Assembly: GCF_009834535.1 (NCBI RefSeq)
Contig: NC_045707.1
Coordinates: 61,878,001-61,942,000, forward strand
Reading direction: 5' to 3'
DNA: 64,000 bases
From: Camelus ferus
Taxonomy: Eukaryota
Positions 14,101 to 25,980 of the stretch are shown in pieces. The notes beneath the pieces are model-generated. The model was not told the origin of the DNA. It saw only the letters and a list, made by a program, of their open reading frames with translations, and searched no databases. The position numbers and the translations under genes are program-made. Within the stretch, counting starts at the first letter, position 1. Every line of letters starts with the position of its first letter.

Positions 14101-15872
14101 ATTCTATAATTAATCTTTCACAAAACATCACAATATATGGTAACTGGTAATCTTTGTGTGTCTCTACTGCTAGTTCAACTTCTTCAGGAATAAAGAACTT
14201 CATATGTTTTCTATATTATCTTTAGAACCGAGCAGAATCCATGGTATAACGGAAACAAGCGATAAAAAATTGTCCAATTAGTGAATGCAGGCAGACTGAT
14301 GATATTCTCAAGTCTTTATTTTGAATTGGAAAATCAATTCCAAGGCAAAAATAGGTTGGAGAGGAGTATACCATGGATTTCTAAATCTGTGAATTAATAT
14401 TTTTCGGAGTTAATCAATGAGACATAATAACATAAAGAAATAAAAAGTAAGTCATTTGCATTGGATAATATTATATACTCTTTGTTGTTTCTTTCTTCAC
14501 TGCTCTCAAGTGATTAAATGTAGCAGCAGACAGGAGGGACAGGTAATCATGTAAAGTATAAAGTGATAGTTGTAACTAAGGCAACCATGTCATTTCTTCC
14601 TGTTTTTCTTTCTTTCCGTTTTCCTTCAATCAATAAAAGCTCTCAAATGAAATGGAACATTGTGTTTATGCTAATTTTCCTTTCTGCTTGATTATTTTTC
14701 AGGTATGTTCCTGCTGTGTACACTGTAATTATTCTCACTTTTAAACAAAAAAAGTACTCTTTTCATTTAGAAACATTTAGGGCATGGCTTTATTAGAGTT
14801 TCTCAAAATTTGACATATGAAAGTAAATGGAAGTCACTCTTAACAGTGAAATTCATAATATTTCAACAACATTGAAGTTTATTTTGTGAACTTTTGATAT
14901 TTTGAAATTAGTTTGCCAGAATATGAAAACATTTATGAGGAGACAATTTCATAGGGAGATATGAATTCCTTATAAGAATCCAGTTTAAAAGAGCAAGCAC
15001 ATTATGTCAAAACTGTCATTTTCTATATAATTAACGGGTAACAACGTACTACTGGATGTTGAAAGGAAATAACGTTTCAATCTATTAAAGTTCCCTGAGT
15101 TACTTAATTAAAATTCTACTTTTAACTCTGTTATCATGTGAAGTAGTTTTATCTTTCTTGGACTTTAAAAAAAGGTGACATTTGAGTTCAAAAGCCTTGA
15201 AAGATGATTGGGTATTATCTAGCAGTTGTATAGAGGAATGAGATGAATATGTTAAGGCATTCTTGGCAATGTGAAGTACATATCCAATTCCAGAGGCGTG
15301 AAAAACCATAATGAGTTAGAAGAACTTCAGGTGGGATTACAGAATATGTGGAGAAGTGAAGGAAGCAACACGAGTTGTCTCTTGGAAGAGATTTACAGGA
15401 AGCGATTAGGCAGATAGCAAAGAGCATATGTAAGTTTGGGCTTTGACTAGTAGATAATGAAGAAGGAGTTGACTTCTGTGCTTTGCTCAAGGCTCTGTTT
15501 TTTGCACCTAGCACAGTGCCTGGAATGTAATGGACATGAAATCCATTCTTTGGAAATACTTTATTGAATGTACATTGTGCTTTGAATATCAGAATGCTAA
15601 TTGTGGAGCATGGGGAAGGATAGATTGGAAGAGTGCAAGACTAGAATAGAGAAACAGATTAGAAGAATCTTTCAATAACCCAGAAAAGGAGGTTGAAATC
15701 CTCATCTAATAACTGCTATGAGGTTGGAGACGGATGAGAAAGACGCAAGAGACTTTCGGAGAGTAGACATTGCGGGACTGGTTCTATTTAAGAAAATCAG
15801 TGTAATACACTACATTAATAGAATGAAGAAAAGTCAATAATCACCTCAATAGATGTGTAAAAGGCCTTTGAC

Positions 15873-16078
15873 GTAACACTTGTATAATATACTCGAAAGT
15901 TGGAAGAGAGTAGATCTTAAGTGTTCTCAGCACAAAAAGGAAATGGCATTTATATGACATTATGGAGGTGTTAGCTAACATTATTTTACCATATATAAGT
16001 ATATCAAACCAATGTGTTGCACACCTTAAATTTACACAATGCTGTGTGTCAATTATATCTTAATAAAGCTGATGAAAA
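15873..16078 (+). mobile_element. L1MA-type 3' end nested in the older L1
   Basis: Ends TGTCAATTATATCTTAATAAAGCTG; host L1 sequence is contiguous across it (AAAGGCCTTTGA / ATAGATCTTTGA degenerate TSD). Confidence 0.75.
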
Positions 16079-16304
16079 TAGATCTTTGAAAAAATCCAAA
16101 ACCTTTCTATGATAAAAAAAAAACCCTCAGGAAATTAGGAATAGAAAATAATTTACTCTACATGATAAAGGGCATTTATGAAAAACCCACAGGTAACATC
16201 ATACTCAATGATGAAAGACTGAAAGATTTCCCCAAGATTAGGAACAAGGCAAGCCACCACTGCTATTCAAATTGTACTGAACATTCTAAAGAGAGCAATT
16301 ACAT

Positions 16305-16474
16305 GAAGGAAAGAAAGGAAGGAAGAAAGAAAGGAGGATAGATAGAAAGGAAGGAAGAAAGAGAAGAGAGGAAGGAAGGAAGGAAGGAAAGAAAGAAAAA
16401 GAAAGAAAAGAAAGAGAGGGAGGGAGGGAGGGAGGAAGGAAGGAAGGAAGAAAGGAAGAAAGGAAAGAAAAGGG
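16305..16474 (+). repeat. Purine-rich (GGAA/GAAA/GGGA)n microsatellite inside L1 ORF2
   Basis: About 170 bp of nearly pure purines on the + strand. Confidence 0.95.
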
Positions 16475-17493
16475 CCTCCAAACTGGAAAAAAAGTAAAAC
16501 TCTCTATATTTAAAGATGACGTGGTCCTATTTATAGAAAATCCCAAAGATTCCACGATAAAGATACTAGTGTTAATGAATGGATTCGGCAAATTTGCAGG
16601 ATATAGTATCAATACAAAAAATTAAGTAGATTTTCTAAACAAGTGTAATGAACAGTCCAGAAAGGAAATTTAAACAATGATTCCATTTATAACAGCATCT
16701 AAAAGAATAAAGTACTTAAGAATAAATTAAACTGGGAAGGTGAAAGACTCATTTATACACTCAAAACTACACAACATTGCTGAAAAAAAATTAAAGACCC
16801 AGGTAAATGTAAAGCAATTCTATGTTCATGTGTAGAAAAACTAAATATTTTAAGATATCAAAACTACCTAAAGCAATCTTTAGATTCAAAGCAATCCCTA
16901 TCAAAATTCCAGCAGCTTCTTCTTTTTATTCAGAAATTTAAAATTCAATTCTTAAAGTCATATGGAATTGCAGGGGGCCCCAAATAGCCAAAACAATCAA
17001 AAAGTTTGAAACAATTCTTTTTAATCTTGAAAAAGAGGAATGAAGTTGGACACATATTTCCTGATTTTAAAGCCTACCCTACAAAGCTACAGTAATCAAA
17101 AACAGTCTGCATCTGGCATAAGGAGAGACATATGGACTAATGGAATAGAATTGAAAGTCCAGAAATAAACTCATACATCATGGCTAGGTCCCTTCAATTG
17201 GGAAAGAACAATCTCTTAAAAAATAGATTTTCATATGCAAAAAATGAAGTTGGATCCTTACACTTGATTAAAAAATTAACTCAAAATGGATCAAAACTAA
17301 ATACAATAGGTAAAAAAAAACCACAGATCACTTAGAAGAAAACACAGATAAATATTTGTGACCTTGGATTTGGCAATGAATTATTAGATGTGACACTAAA
17401 GTACAAGCAATAAAAAGAAAAACAGATAAATTGGACTTCATCAAAATTAAAGACTTTTGACCAACAAGGAACCTTATCAAGAAAGTCAAAAGA

Positions 17494-18639
17494 ATTTTTG
17501 TCGCCTCCAGATATATGCCCAGTAGTGGGACTGCGGGATCACACATGATAGCTCTATTTTTAGTTTTTAAAGGAATCTCTATACTCTTTTCCATTGTGGC
17601 TGTACAAATTTATGTTCCCACCGACAGTGTAGGAGGGTTCCTTTTTCTCCACACTCTCTCCAGCATTTATTATTTGTAGACTTTTTGATGATGGCCATTC
17701 TGACCAGTGCGTGGTAATACCTCATAGTGGTTTTGATTTGCATTTCTCTAATAATTTACAATGTTGAACATGTCTTCTTGTTCCTATTGGCCATCTGTAT
17801 GTCTTCTTTGGAGAAATGTCTGTTTAGATCTTCTGTCCATTTTTTAATTTTTTTTTTGATATTGAGTTGTATGTTTGCATATTTTAGATATTAATCCCTT
17901 GTCAGTCACATCGTTTGCAAATATTTTCTGCCATTCTGTAGGTTATTTTGTTTTGTTTTGTTGATGTTTTCCTTTGCTGTGCAGATGCTTTTACATTTAA
18001 TTAGGTCCCATTTGTTTCTTTCTGCTTTTATTTATTTTGCCTTGGAATCTAAGAAATATCGCTATGACTTATGTCTGAGAATGTTTTGCCTATGTTCTCT
18101 TCTAGAAGTTAAAAACTCTAATTCAAAAAGATACATACACCCCAATGTTCATAGCAGCACTGTTTACAATAGCTGACACATGGAAACAATCTAAGTGCCC
18201 ATTAACAGATGACTGACTGGTTTAAGAAGATGTGATACACACACACACACACACACAGGAGAATATTACTCAGCCATAAAAAGGAATGAAATAGTACCAT
18301 TTGCAGCAATATAAGTGGACCTAGAGAATGTACTAACTGAAGTAAATCAGATAGAGAAATACAAATATCATATGATATCACCTATATGTGGAATCTAAAA
18401 AGTAATACAAATAAATCTATATACAAAACAGAAACAGACTCACAGACATAGAAAACAAACTTACAGTCACCAAAGAGGAAAGGGACAGATTGAGGGGGAT
18501 GATAATTTAAGAGTATGGGATTAACAGATACACATTACTATTCATAATAATAGATGAACAACAAGAATTTACTGTATAGCACAGGAAACTACATTCAATA
18601 TCTTGTAATAATGTATAATGGAAAATAATCTGAAAAAAA
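17494..18639. mobile_element. Younger 5'-inverted (twin-primed) L1 insertion: 17494-18110 minus, 18111-18639 plus
   Basis: The two parts are adjacent in L1 (…GGCATATATCTGGAG | AAAACTCTAATTCAAAAAG…); degenerate TSD AAGTCAAAAGA / AAGTTTAAAAGA. Confidence 0.85.
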
Positions 18640-20008
18640 TTAAGTTTAAAAGACAAGCAATAGGGGAAATGTAAAAAAAAAAACTATGAAATAAATTTAT
18701 ATCATTTGTACTGATAACTTTGAGCAGATGACTTTGATTTGGATCAAAAGAATCTGAAAATACCATAACAGATAAATCTGAGAAGACAAAGAGAAGAATC
18801 CTTGACTCTGTTTCATTCTAATATCTTTGATTATGATACCTGTTATAAATAAGAAAGGGACAGAAGAGTGCAGGTTAACACAGCTGGTCCTACTTGAAGT
18901 TCGCTGGTGCCCTAAGAGAGAGCAACGTTCTGTCAAGGAGATTGTGGGCAGGACTTCCAGAGTGGGAGGGCAATCAAGGAAGCAATGCTTCACGGTAGAA
19001 CTTGGCTGCAGAAAGGCACAGACATTCTGTGGAGCCTTTGCTGAGTAAAGAACTCAGGTGAGACATACAATTTCTCTGCTCAGACATTCTCACTATATGC
19101 TAGAGGAAACCAAAACTTGAAGAATATGAATCTGATTTGATATTTAGATGGTTTTTGATAACTAGTAAGAATATAGTAGGTTTTTAATAATTATCTGTAT
19201 GAATGAATGAGGTTGAAAAAATGCTAAGATGTTTCTGAACTGGGGATATGCTTTTCAGTATCCATCACAGCCTTTCCACAAATATCTGTATGCCATATAA
19301 ATACAGTTAAAATAGTTTGTCACTGATTTCTACAAGGGGATGATGTGTTAGTTAAGTAACTACTTACAAAGCATAATTCTTTGTTTACATTAAAGTAGTA
19401 CTTCCTCAAACAGATCAAAACATGTTTCATTTATTTATTCCTACCACTGAGTTTTTTTTTAATTTCTTTATGATATTCTCACATAGTTATACCAACATAA
19501 TTAATGCTTACATTAAATGTGCACTATATTCTGTTTTTATTCCATGATATTTCTTGGTGTTTTCCAAGAATTAGTTACCATTTTAATGACAAAATAGCTT
19601 TCTGATATATTTAAGCGCAGCTAGTTCCTGTATTTTCTTCAACATTAAAGTTTCTTTTTACTCTTAAACATTAATGATAATTAAAATGTTAATAATAATG
19701 TTTTTCCACTTTATAGGTGCTTATACTCCCTAAAGCCCATTCATTATTGAAATTTTGCAGGTTTTGCAGGTCAGTGTTTCTCAGTTATTGTGATAAGAAA
19801 TATACATTATATAATAGTAACATAGTGATATTTACTAAATCATTGGTCATTATTTTGGATTTCATTTTTTTTTATTGGCTTGATGTTTTGTTTAAATAAA
19901 TCATTGGCAATCACATACTCTTTAACTATGTTCCCATATAAATAAACCTACATGTTGTCTTATTGTGTTATTGAAGGTATTTGACTGTAAAATGCCTTTA
20001 TTATTTTT

Positions 20009-20340
20009 TTAAATTTTATTTTATTGAGTTATAGTCAGTTTACAATGTTGTGTCAAGTTCCAGTGTAGAGCACAATTTTTCAGTCATACATGAACATATA
20101 TATATTCAGTGTCACACTCTTTTTCACCATGAGCTACCACAAGATCTTACATATATTTCCCTGTGCTATATAGTGTAGTCTTGTTTATCTATTCTATATA
20201 CACCTGTCAGTATCTACAAATTTCGAACTCTCAGTCTGTCCCTTCCCACTCCCCTCCCTCCTGGCAATCACAAGTTTGTATTCTATGTCTATGAATCTGT
20301 TTTATGTTTAAGTTCATTTGTCTTCTTCTTTTTTTTTTTG
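20009..20340 (-). mobile_element. 5'-truncated lineage L1 3' end
   Basis: Poly-T followed by TTATTGAGTTATAGTCAGTTTACAATGTTG; 36-bp flanking duplication 19973-20008 / 20341-20376. Confidence 0.9.
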
Positions 20341-20392
20341 GAAAGTATTTCACTGTAAAATGCCTTAATTATTTTTGAATGGATGTAATACC

Positions 20393-20872
20393 TGTTACCA
20401 AACCAAAACTTGGATCTGCTTGTCCGCAAGCAGTAAAGCGAAACTACTGACACCAGGCTGTGGTGAAGCAAAGTGCAGCGTATATGCAGGCACCAGGCAG
20501 GGGGTCCAGGCAGCTGGTGCTCAAAATACCTGAACTCCCCACGCATTTTTAAAGTCCAGATGAGGGAGGGACATCACAGGGGTTGTGATCAGCTCATGCA
20601 CAATTCTCTGACCGGTTGATGGTGAAGTAGCAGGGCAGTGTCACAGGGTTAACACTGTCAATTCTCAGGCTCCAGTAGGTCTGGGGAGTGAGTACTCATG
20701 GTCATGAAGTAGTTAACTTCTTCCACTGGTGGGGGCTTTGGTGTTCGTAAAACAACTCAGAAAATACGCATCAGATGCTGTTATCTTGGTATTTCAGAAG
20801 GAACTAAAGCAGAAGACGTGGGGGAAGGGGTGTCTGTCTTGGGAAATTTCCATAAGGTCCTGCTCGGTTACA
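20393..20872 (-). mobile_element. Solo LTR (probably ERV1 class)
   Basis: TGTTACC...GGTTACA inverted termini, 480 bp, GC-richer than flanks; TSD not clean. Confidence 0.75.
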
Positions 20873-21039
20873 CCTACACTTTTCAATCAGGATGTCAAAG
20901 ATATTTTGCTTAAAAGATTTTAATTTATTTTATAACAGTTTTTTATGGTGTGAAACAAAAAAGATTTTGTGTTGCCCTTTAGAATTAATCAATTTGATTT
21001 TAAATTTTTACTTACATGAAAAAATGATTTCAAATAATA

Positions 21040-21805
21040 TTTTTAATAATCTTATTGTGGTATAACTCACATAACATGAAATTCATTCATTTCAAGCATA
21101 CAGTTCAATGATTTTGGTAGATTTACAGGGCTACGCAACCATTACCACAAACTAACTTTAAAACATTTCCATTGCTCTCAAGTGATCCCTTGTGTCCATT
21201 TGCAAAGTCAATCACTGTTCCCATAGCCAGCCCAAGCATTCACTAATTTACTTTCTGAATCTGTATATATTTGCCTTTTCTGGACGTTTAATCTAAATGA
21301 CTCTGTAATACAATGTGTTCTTTTGCATCTGGTTTCTGTCACTTAACATAATCATTAGAGGTTCACCTGCTTCGCAGCATATATCAATATTTCATTCTTT
21401 TTTATTGCCAGATAATATTTGGTTGTTATGTATCTCATATTTTTTCTTATCTAATTAAGAAAAATGGACATTTAATTGTTAATGGACTTTTGGATTGTTT
21501 CCAATGTTTTGTCATGAATTAGGCTGCTGCTATAAACATTCATGTACAAGTCTGTGTATAAATATATATTTTCTTTCCTCTTGGGTAGATACCTAGGAAC
21601 AAAATTACTGAGTTATATGGTAAATTGATGTTTAATAACCTTTTAAGAAACTACCAAATTATTTTCCAAAATAGTCACACTATTACATCCCTAACAGCAA
21701 TGTATGAAGCGTCCAGGTTCTTTACCAACAACAATCGTCTTTGCCTGTCTTTTCAAATTATCGCCATCCACGTGGGCTGAGTGGTATCTCATTGCGGTTT
21801 TGAAT
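21040..21805 (-). mobile_element. L1MB-type 3' fragment
   Basis: Minus-strand 3' UTR and ORF2 end (…GGGCTGAGTGGTATCTCATTGCGGTTTTG). Confidence 0.85.
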
Positions 21806-22045
21806 ACATTATGTATACTGGTTAGTTTCTTATTATAATAGAATTGTGTGGTCAAAGAGGATTAATTATTTAAGATACTATAGCAAATTCAAACACATTT
21901 CACATCTATAGGATGCAAACTTAATTTTCTCTAAACTAACACTTAACAAATATAGATTCTTATAATATATAGGCAGTCTCAAGGTTACTGGCAAACAATC
22001 CTATTGAAACAAGCCTCCTAATATTAGAGAAAGGCTCTGGTTTTA

Positions 22046-22245
22046 GCAGTATAGCATGGCACTAAGAGGCTCGATGCTACAGACAGATGTCCTGAGTTCA
22101 AGTCCTGACTTTACCACTTAAGCTGTGTGACTTTTGGAAAGTTACTCAATCTTTCTGTGCTTCTAGTCCCTCATCTGCAAAATGAGGTTAGTAATAATAA
22201 CTATCCTAGAAGTTTGTGTATGGAAATTAGATAAGCTAATATATG
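22046..22245 (+). mobile_element. MIR SINE
   Basis: CCTGAGTTCAAGTCCTGACTTTACCACTTAAGCTGTGTGAC...CTCATCTGCAAAATGAGG. Confidence 0.85.
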
Positions 22246-24115
22246 TGTATCATTCTCCATTTAGTTAAGAAAACAGAAACTGTTCTGGGTATTAAAAATA
22301 AATGGAAAATCAGTACAAGATTATATATTGTAAACCTACTGGAAGAGGTGGGGGAACCACAGGAACATTACCCAGAGATAGTGACCTTAGGAAGCTGCTA
22401 CTTACTGCCTTTGGGGTTGAGGAGAAGGACCACAGCTGTCCATGATGCCACTGGTGCACTTCTGTTGCAACTGTTACCATTAGAACTGACACTGTTGCCA
22501 CGAGAAGCAAGCTTGGTGCCTTAGGAACCCAAGATCTGCACTCCTCTTGCTGCAGTGGCTGAAACCACAACACATACTGCGGGAGCCTGGGCTTGCCCAC
22601 CGTTGCCAGAGCCAGAAGTATCATCATTCCCCCATCTTTCCCTCTTCTAACCTCGGACAAGGGTTATCTCATTAGTAGATAAGCTGGCAGAGTCTGCAAA
22701 ATGCTGTTCTCTAGGGAAGACAGCTAAAGAGGATGAGAAGAGAGCTGGGAACTAACAGACAACATCTGGAATGACAGATGAAGCCCGAAGAACTAGTCCT
22801 CGCACATAAGAACTGCTACTGGAACTAGACTTATTTTCACCTTTTTAACAAATAGTCTTACGTGAAAACTCAATGATGACTGAATTCAGAATAAGTATTG
22901 ATTTAACTTAAATTTTGTGGTAACATGTGTATCCTCTCTCTCATTTTTTCATGGACTGTAACCTTTAACCTAATGTCTATTCAAAGCACTCCTGTCAATT
23001 AGAGATCTCATTTTTTTTCAAAACTTCTAATCTACTTGTACTAAAATGTTACGAGTTTGAATTTCAACCAATGTTGAATTATAGATACATGGGGGCTGAT
23101 GACACTTTATTTCCATAATCGAAGTTTTTACCTTTAGGCTTCAGAGCCCAATTTTTCAGAGTTGTGCTTTTTTTTTTTTTTTTGTCTTGGTAACAACTTG
23201 TAATGTAAATTGAGGTTAAGATATCAAAATATAAGAACTGTCTAGCTAGTCTTTTCCAGATCCTATATTAAGGAAGTGCTTTTGTGATAATTGGTCACAT
23301 CTGGCAGTGGCACTTACATCACTTTTCATGTGTGGAGTAATAAGCAGACTGAAATACCAGCAAAAGAGTTTTGCCTTCTGATCACATTTCAAATGAGTAC
23401 ATTTCTAAATAAGTAAAACACGATTGAGAGCTATGTTTGTAATGTCTGATCTTCCATAAAATAAAACTGTAACATCTCCATCTGCTTTTGCAATCAGGAA
23501 TTAGAAAAATGGATACGAGTGAGCAAGATAGAAATACCGTCTAGATGTATTCTGTAACAACATCAAGATCACCTTGAACTGTGCTACGTAGAGATGTTTA
23601 CTTACTGTATTTAAATCGTCTATTTTTGACATTCAGAAAACAGTCTGAAATTAACAGTACTAATACTTTTAGTAATATTCTCTCCTTTCCTGTATCTCTT
23701 CAGCTGCAGGTGGATACCATTAGTGATTCGTAAATTCTTACACTATGACTCTGAAGATGAGTGTGTATGCCAGTGATGCTCGTAATATTGAGAAAAGTTG
23801 TCACTTAAATATCACATCTTTTATTTTGTACTTTTATTGAATGATTTAAAATACTTTCCTTATATCCTTTAGGAATTTTGTACACAAAAATAAGAAAGTA
23901 CTATTATGTTCTAGATACTTAAAGAAGATATGAAATACATTATGGAAAACAATGGCATTTTGACTCAAGAAAAAATAAAGGAAAAGGAAGAGTGTGCTAA
24001 CATTTAAGAAAACTTTATTAATTCATTCAGCATGCAGTTGTGAAGTACATATGATATGCCAGGACTATAAAAGATAATAGAAATGCATAAAAAAAAAGAA
24101 GATACATTTGCCCTC

Positions 24116-25310
24116 TGTGATGATTAATTTTAATTTTCAACTTGACTAGACTAAGAGATGCCCAGAAAGCTGGTAAAATGTTCTTTCTGGATATGTCTGT
24201 GAGAGTGTCTCTGGAAGAGATTAGCCCCTGGATCAGGAGACCAAGCGAAGATCATGCTCACAGTGCAGTGGGCATCATTCAATCTACTGAGGGCCTGGAT
24301 GGAACAAAAAAGTGAAAGAAGGGCAATTTTACTTTCTTTTTCTTGAACTTGCACATCATCCATTTTTCTCCTGCTCTGAACATCAGCACTCCTGGTTCTT
24401 AGGATTCTGGACACAGGGGACTTACACAACCCGCCCTTCTTATTCTCAAGCTTTTGAACTCATACTGAATTACACCATCAGCTTTCTTGGTTTTCCAGCT
24501 TTGAGACAGGCTGCTGGGAAACTAGCTGCTGGAAAACAAGCAGCTAGAAAAGAAGCCACTCCTAAATTTCCATGAGCTTAAAATATTATATTCACACTTG
24601 CTTGCTTAAAACACACTGTGCTTGCTTTGTTTTAATGTTTTATGCAGTAGATGACCTATAGCACGTACTATGCTAAAGAAAATTTGTGGTGAGCAATCCT
24701 GACATTGACCATAAGGGCAGGAAGGAGGGCGGATATTTCCTTAGGGTGAAACAATGGACGGTCTTGGAAAGCCAGATCATCCATTAACAGAACTTTGTTC
24801 TAGCATGAAAGCATGCGGTTTAACCCAGGGGAAGTATTTACTATCTTGAGATGTCCTGGAGGCAATGACAGGATAGACTCAGAAATTTTGCATATGCCCA
24901 GGAGGGTGATTGTTCCTGGAAGGGATGGGACTGAAATTAATCAGTTAACCAGCAAGCAGAACTTAGTGCTTATCGCATGGAATATCTAAAGATCCACCTC
25001 TTTGATCGCATTTTTTCCTGAGCTGTACACTCCTAATAAATATGATGTTGACCAGGCTTTCGGCACCCTAGACCCACGAGAGCTTGAGTCCCTTGGTCCC
25101 ATCTTTGCTTTTTACTTTGCCTTTTTGTTTCTTAAGTCTTGCATCACCTGTCCTCAGACACGATCCCGAGCTGCGCTGGATGCAGCAACAGGCCATCGTG
25201 GAACTTCTCAGCTTCTGTAATGTCATGAGCAAATTCCTATAATAAACCTGTTTTTATATCTATCTATATATCATACTGGTTCTGTTCTCTGGAGAACCTT
25301 GACTGATACC
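24116..25310 (+). mobile_element. MLT2 (ERVL) 5' LTR, split by a nested LTR
   Basis: Start TGTGATGATTAATTTT...CAACTTGACTAGACTAAG; end CTGGAGAACCTTGACTGATACC; both match recalled MLT2 termini. Confidence 0.88.
24512..25187 (+). mobile_element. Solo LTR with 6-bp TSD (ERV2/betaretrovirus-like)
   Basis: Perfect TSD ACAGGC (24506-24511 / 25188-25193); termini TGCTG...CAGCA; AATAAA near 25035. Confidence 0.85.
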
Positions 25311-25980
25311 TATTCTGGTAACAAGGCCAGTTCTAGACAAACAGAATTTCATGGATGAGTTTTCCAAATTGGTTCTAGGGTTTCTGGAATTGCGCCTCTA
25401 ATCTGATTAGATTTAAAGATACAATGATTTGTGCACCAATAGTCAGTAGTTGAAATATTTATAAAGATATGCAGAAATATCTGCATTGCGGACCCTTGAT
25501 TAATACCTGAGAAGAAGCAAGGAGCTAAATGACTCTGTATATAATTTTGAATATGTTTTGATAACTAAGGAATATAATGACATTGGTTGGTTTCTCCTAA
25601 TATCACTGAAGGAAGTGGTGAAAGAAAAGGAGGAGCTCCGGGATCTCAGATTCCCAGCTCAAGGACCGAATAAATGACCTACGAGCTTCTCTGTGTGCCC
25701 CGGAGAGTCTTATCTCTTGTAGCCACAGGCTTGAAACTGCTGAAAAAAATCTAACAGAGGACCTCATCCTGCTATTGGCTGAATTAAATCGACCATTTGG
25801 CATCACAGCCTGTCTACTGTTAGAGCAGGTATTTACTGAGAAAGAATGGGGTCATGTAAGTCGGGATGCGGATATGTGGGAAAACCATGATGAAGCTGAA
25901 GACATTGAGCCCCTAAACTCTGAAGAATCTTCTTTGCCAGTGTGAAAGCCCCCCCCCCCCCCACCCAAGGGAAGTGGTCT
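25311..25980 (+). mobile_element. ERVL internal region with gag N-terminal remnant (truncated provirus)
   Basis: Translates to IGWFLLISLKEVVKEKEELRD / DSQLKDRINDLRASLC...EKEWGHVSRDADMWENHDEAEDIEPLNSEES, similar to ERVL Gag, with a frameshift near 25645. Confidence 0.88.

Larger units (their letters stand above)
15787..17493 (+). mobile_element. Old L1 ORF2 fragment (RT region), interrupted by nested insertions; resumes briefly at about 18642-18690
   Basis: Decayed RT motifs such as LSIFKDDVVLFIENPKDS (cf. LFADDM) near 16500-16553; many stops and frameshifts. Confidence 0.9.

Noticed and set aside
16286..16612. 108-aa minus ORF rich in F/L/S/P (one of the longest in the track)
   Set aside because: Antisense L1 plus the translated GGAA microsatellite
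22243..22660. Overlapping 93-aa and 116-aa ORFs
   Set aside because: No recognisable homology or exon structure; the region looks like a decayed old LTR
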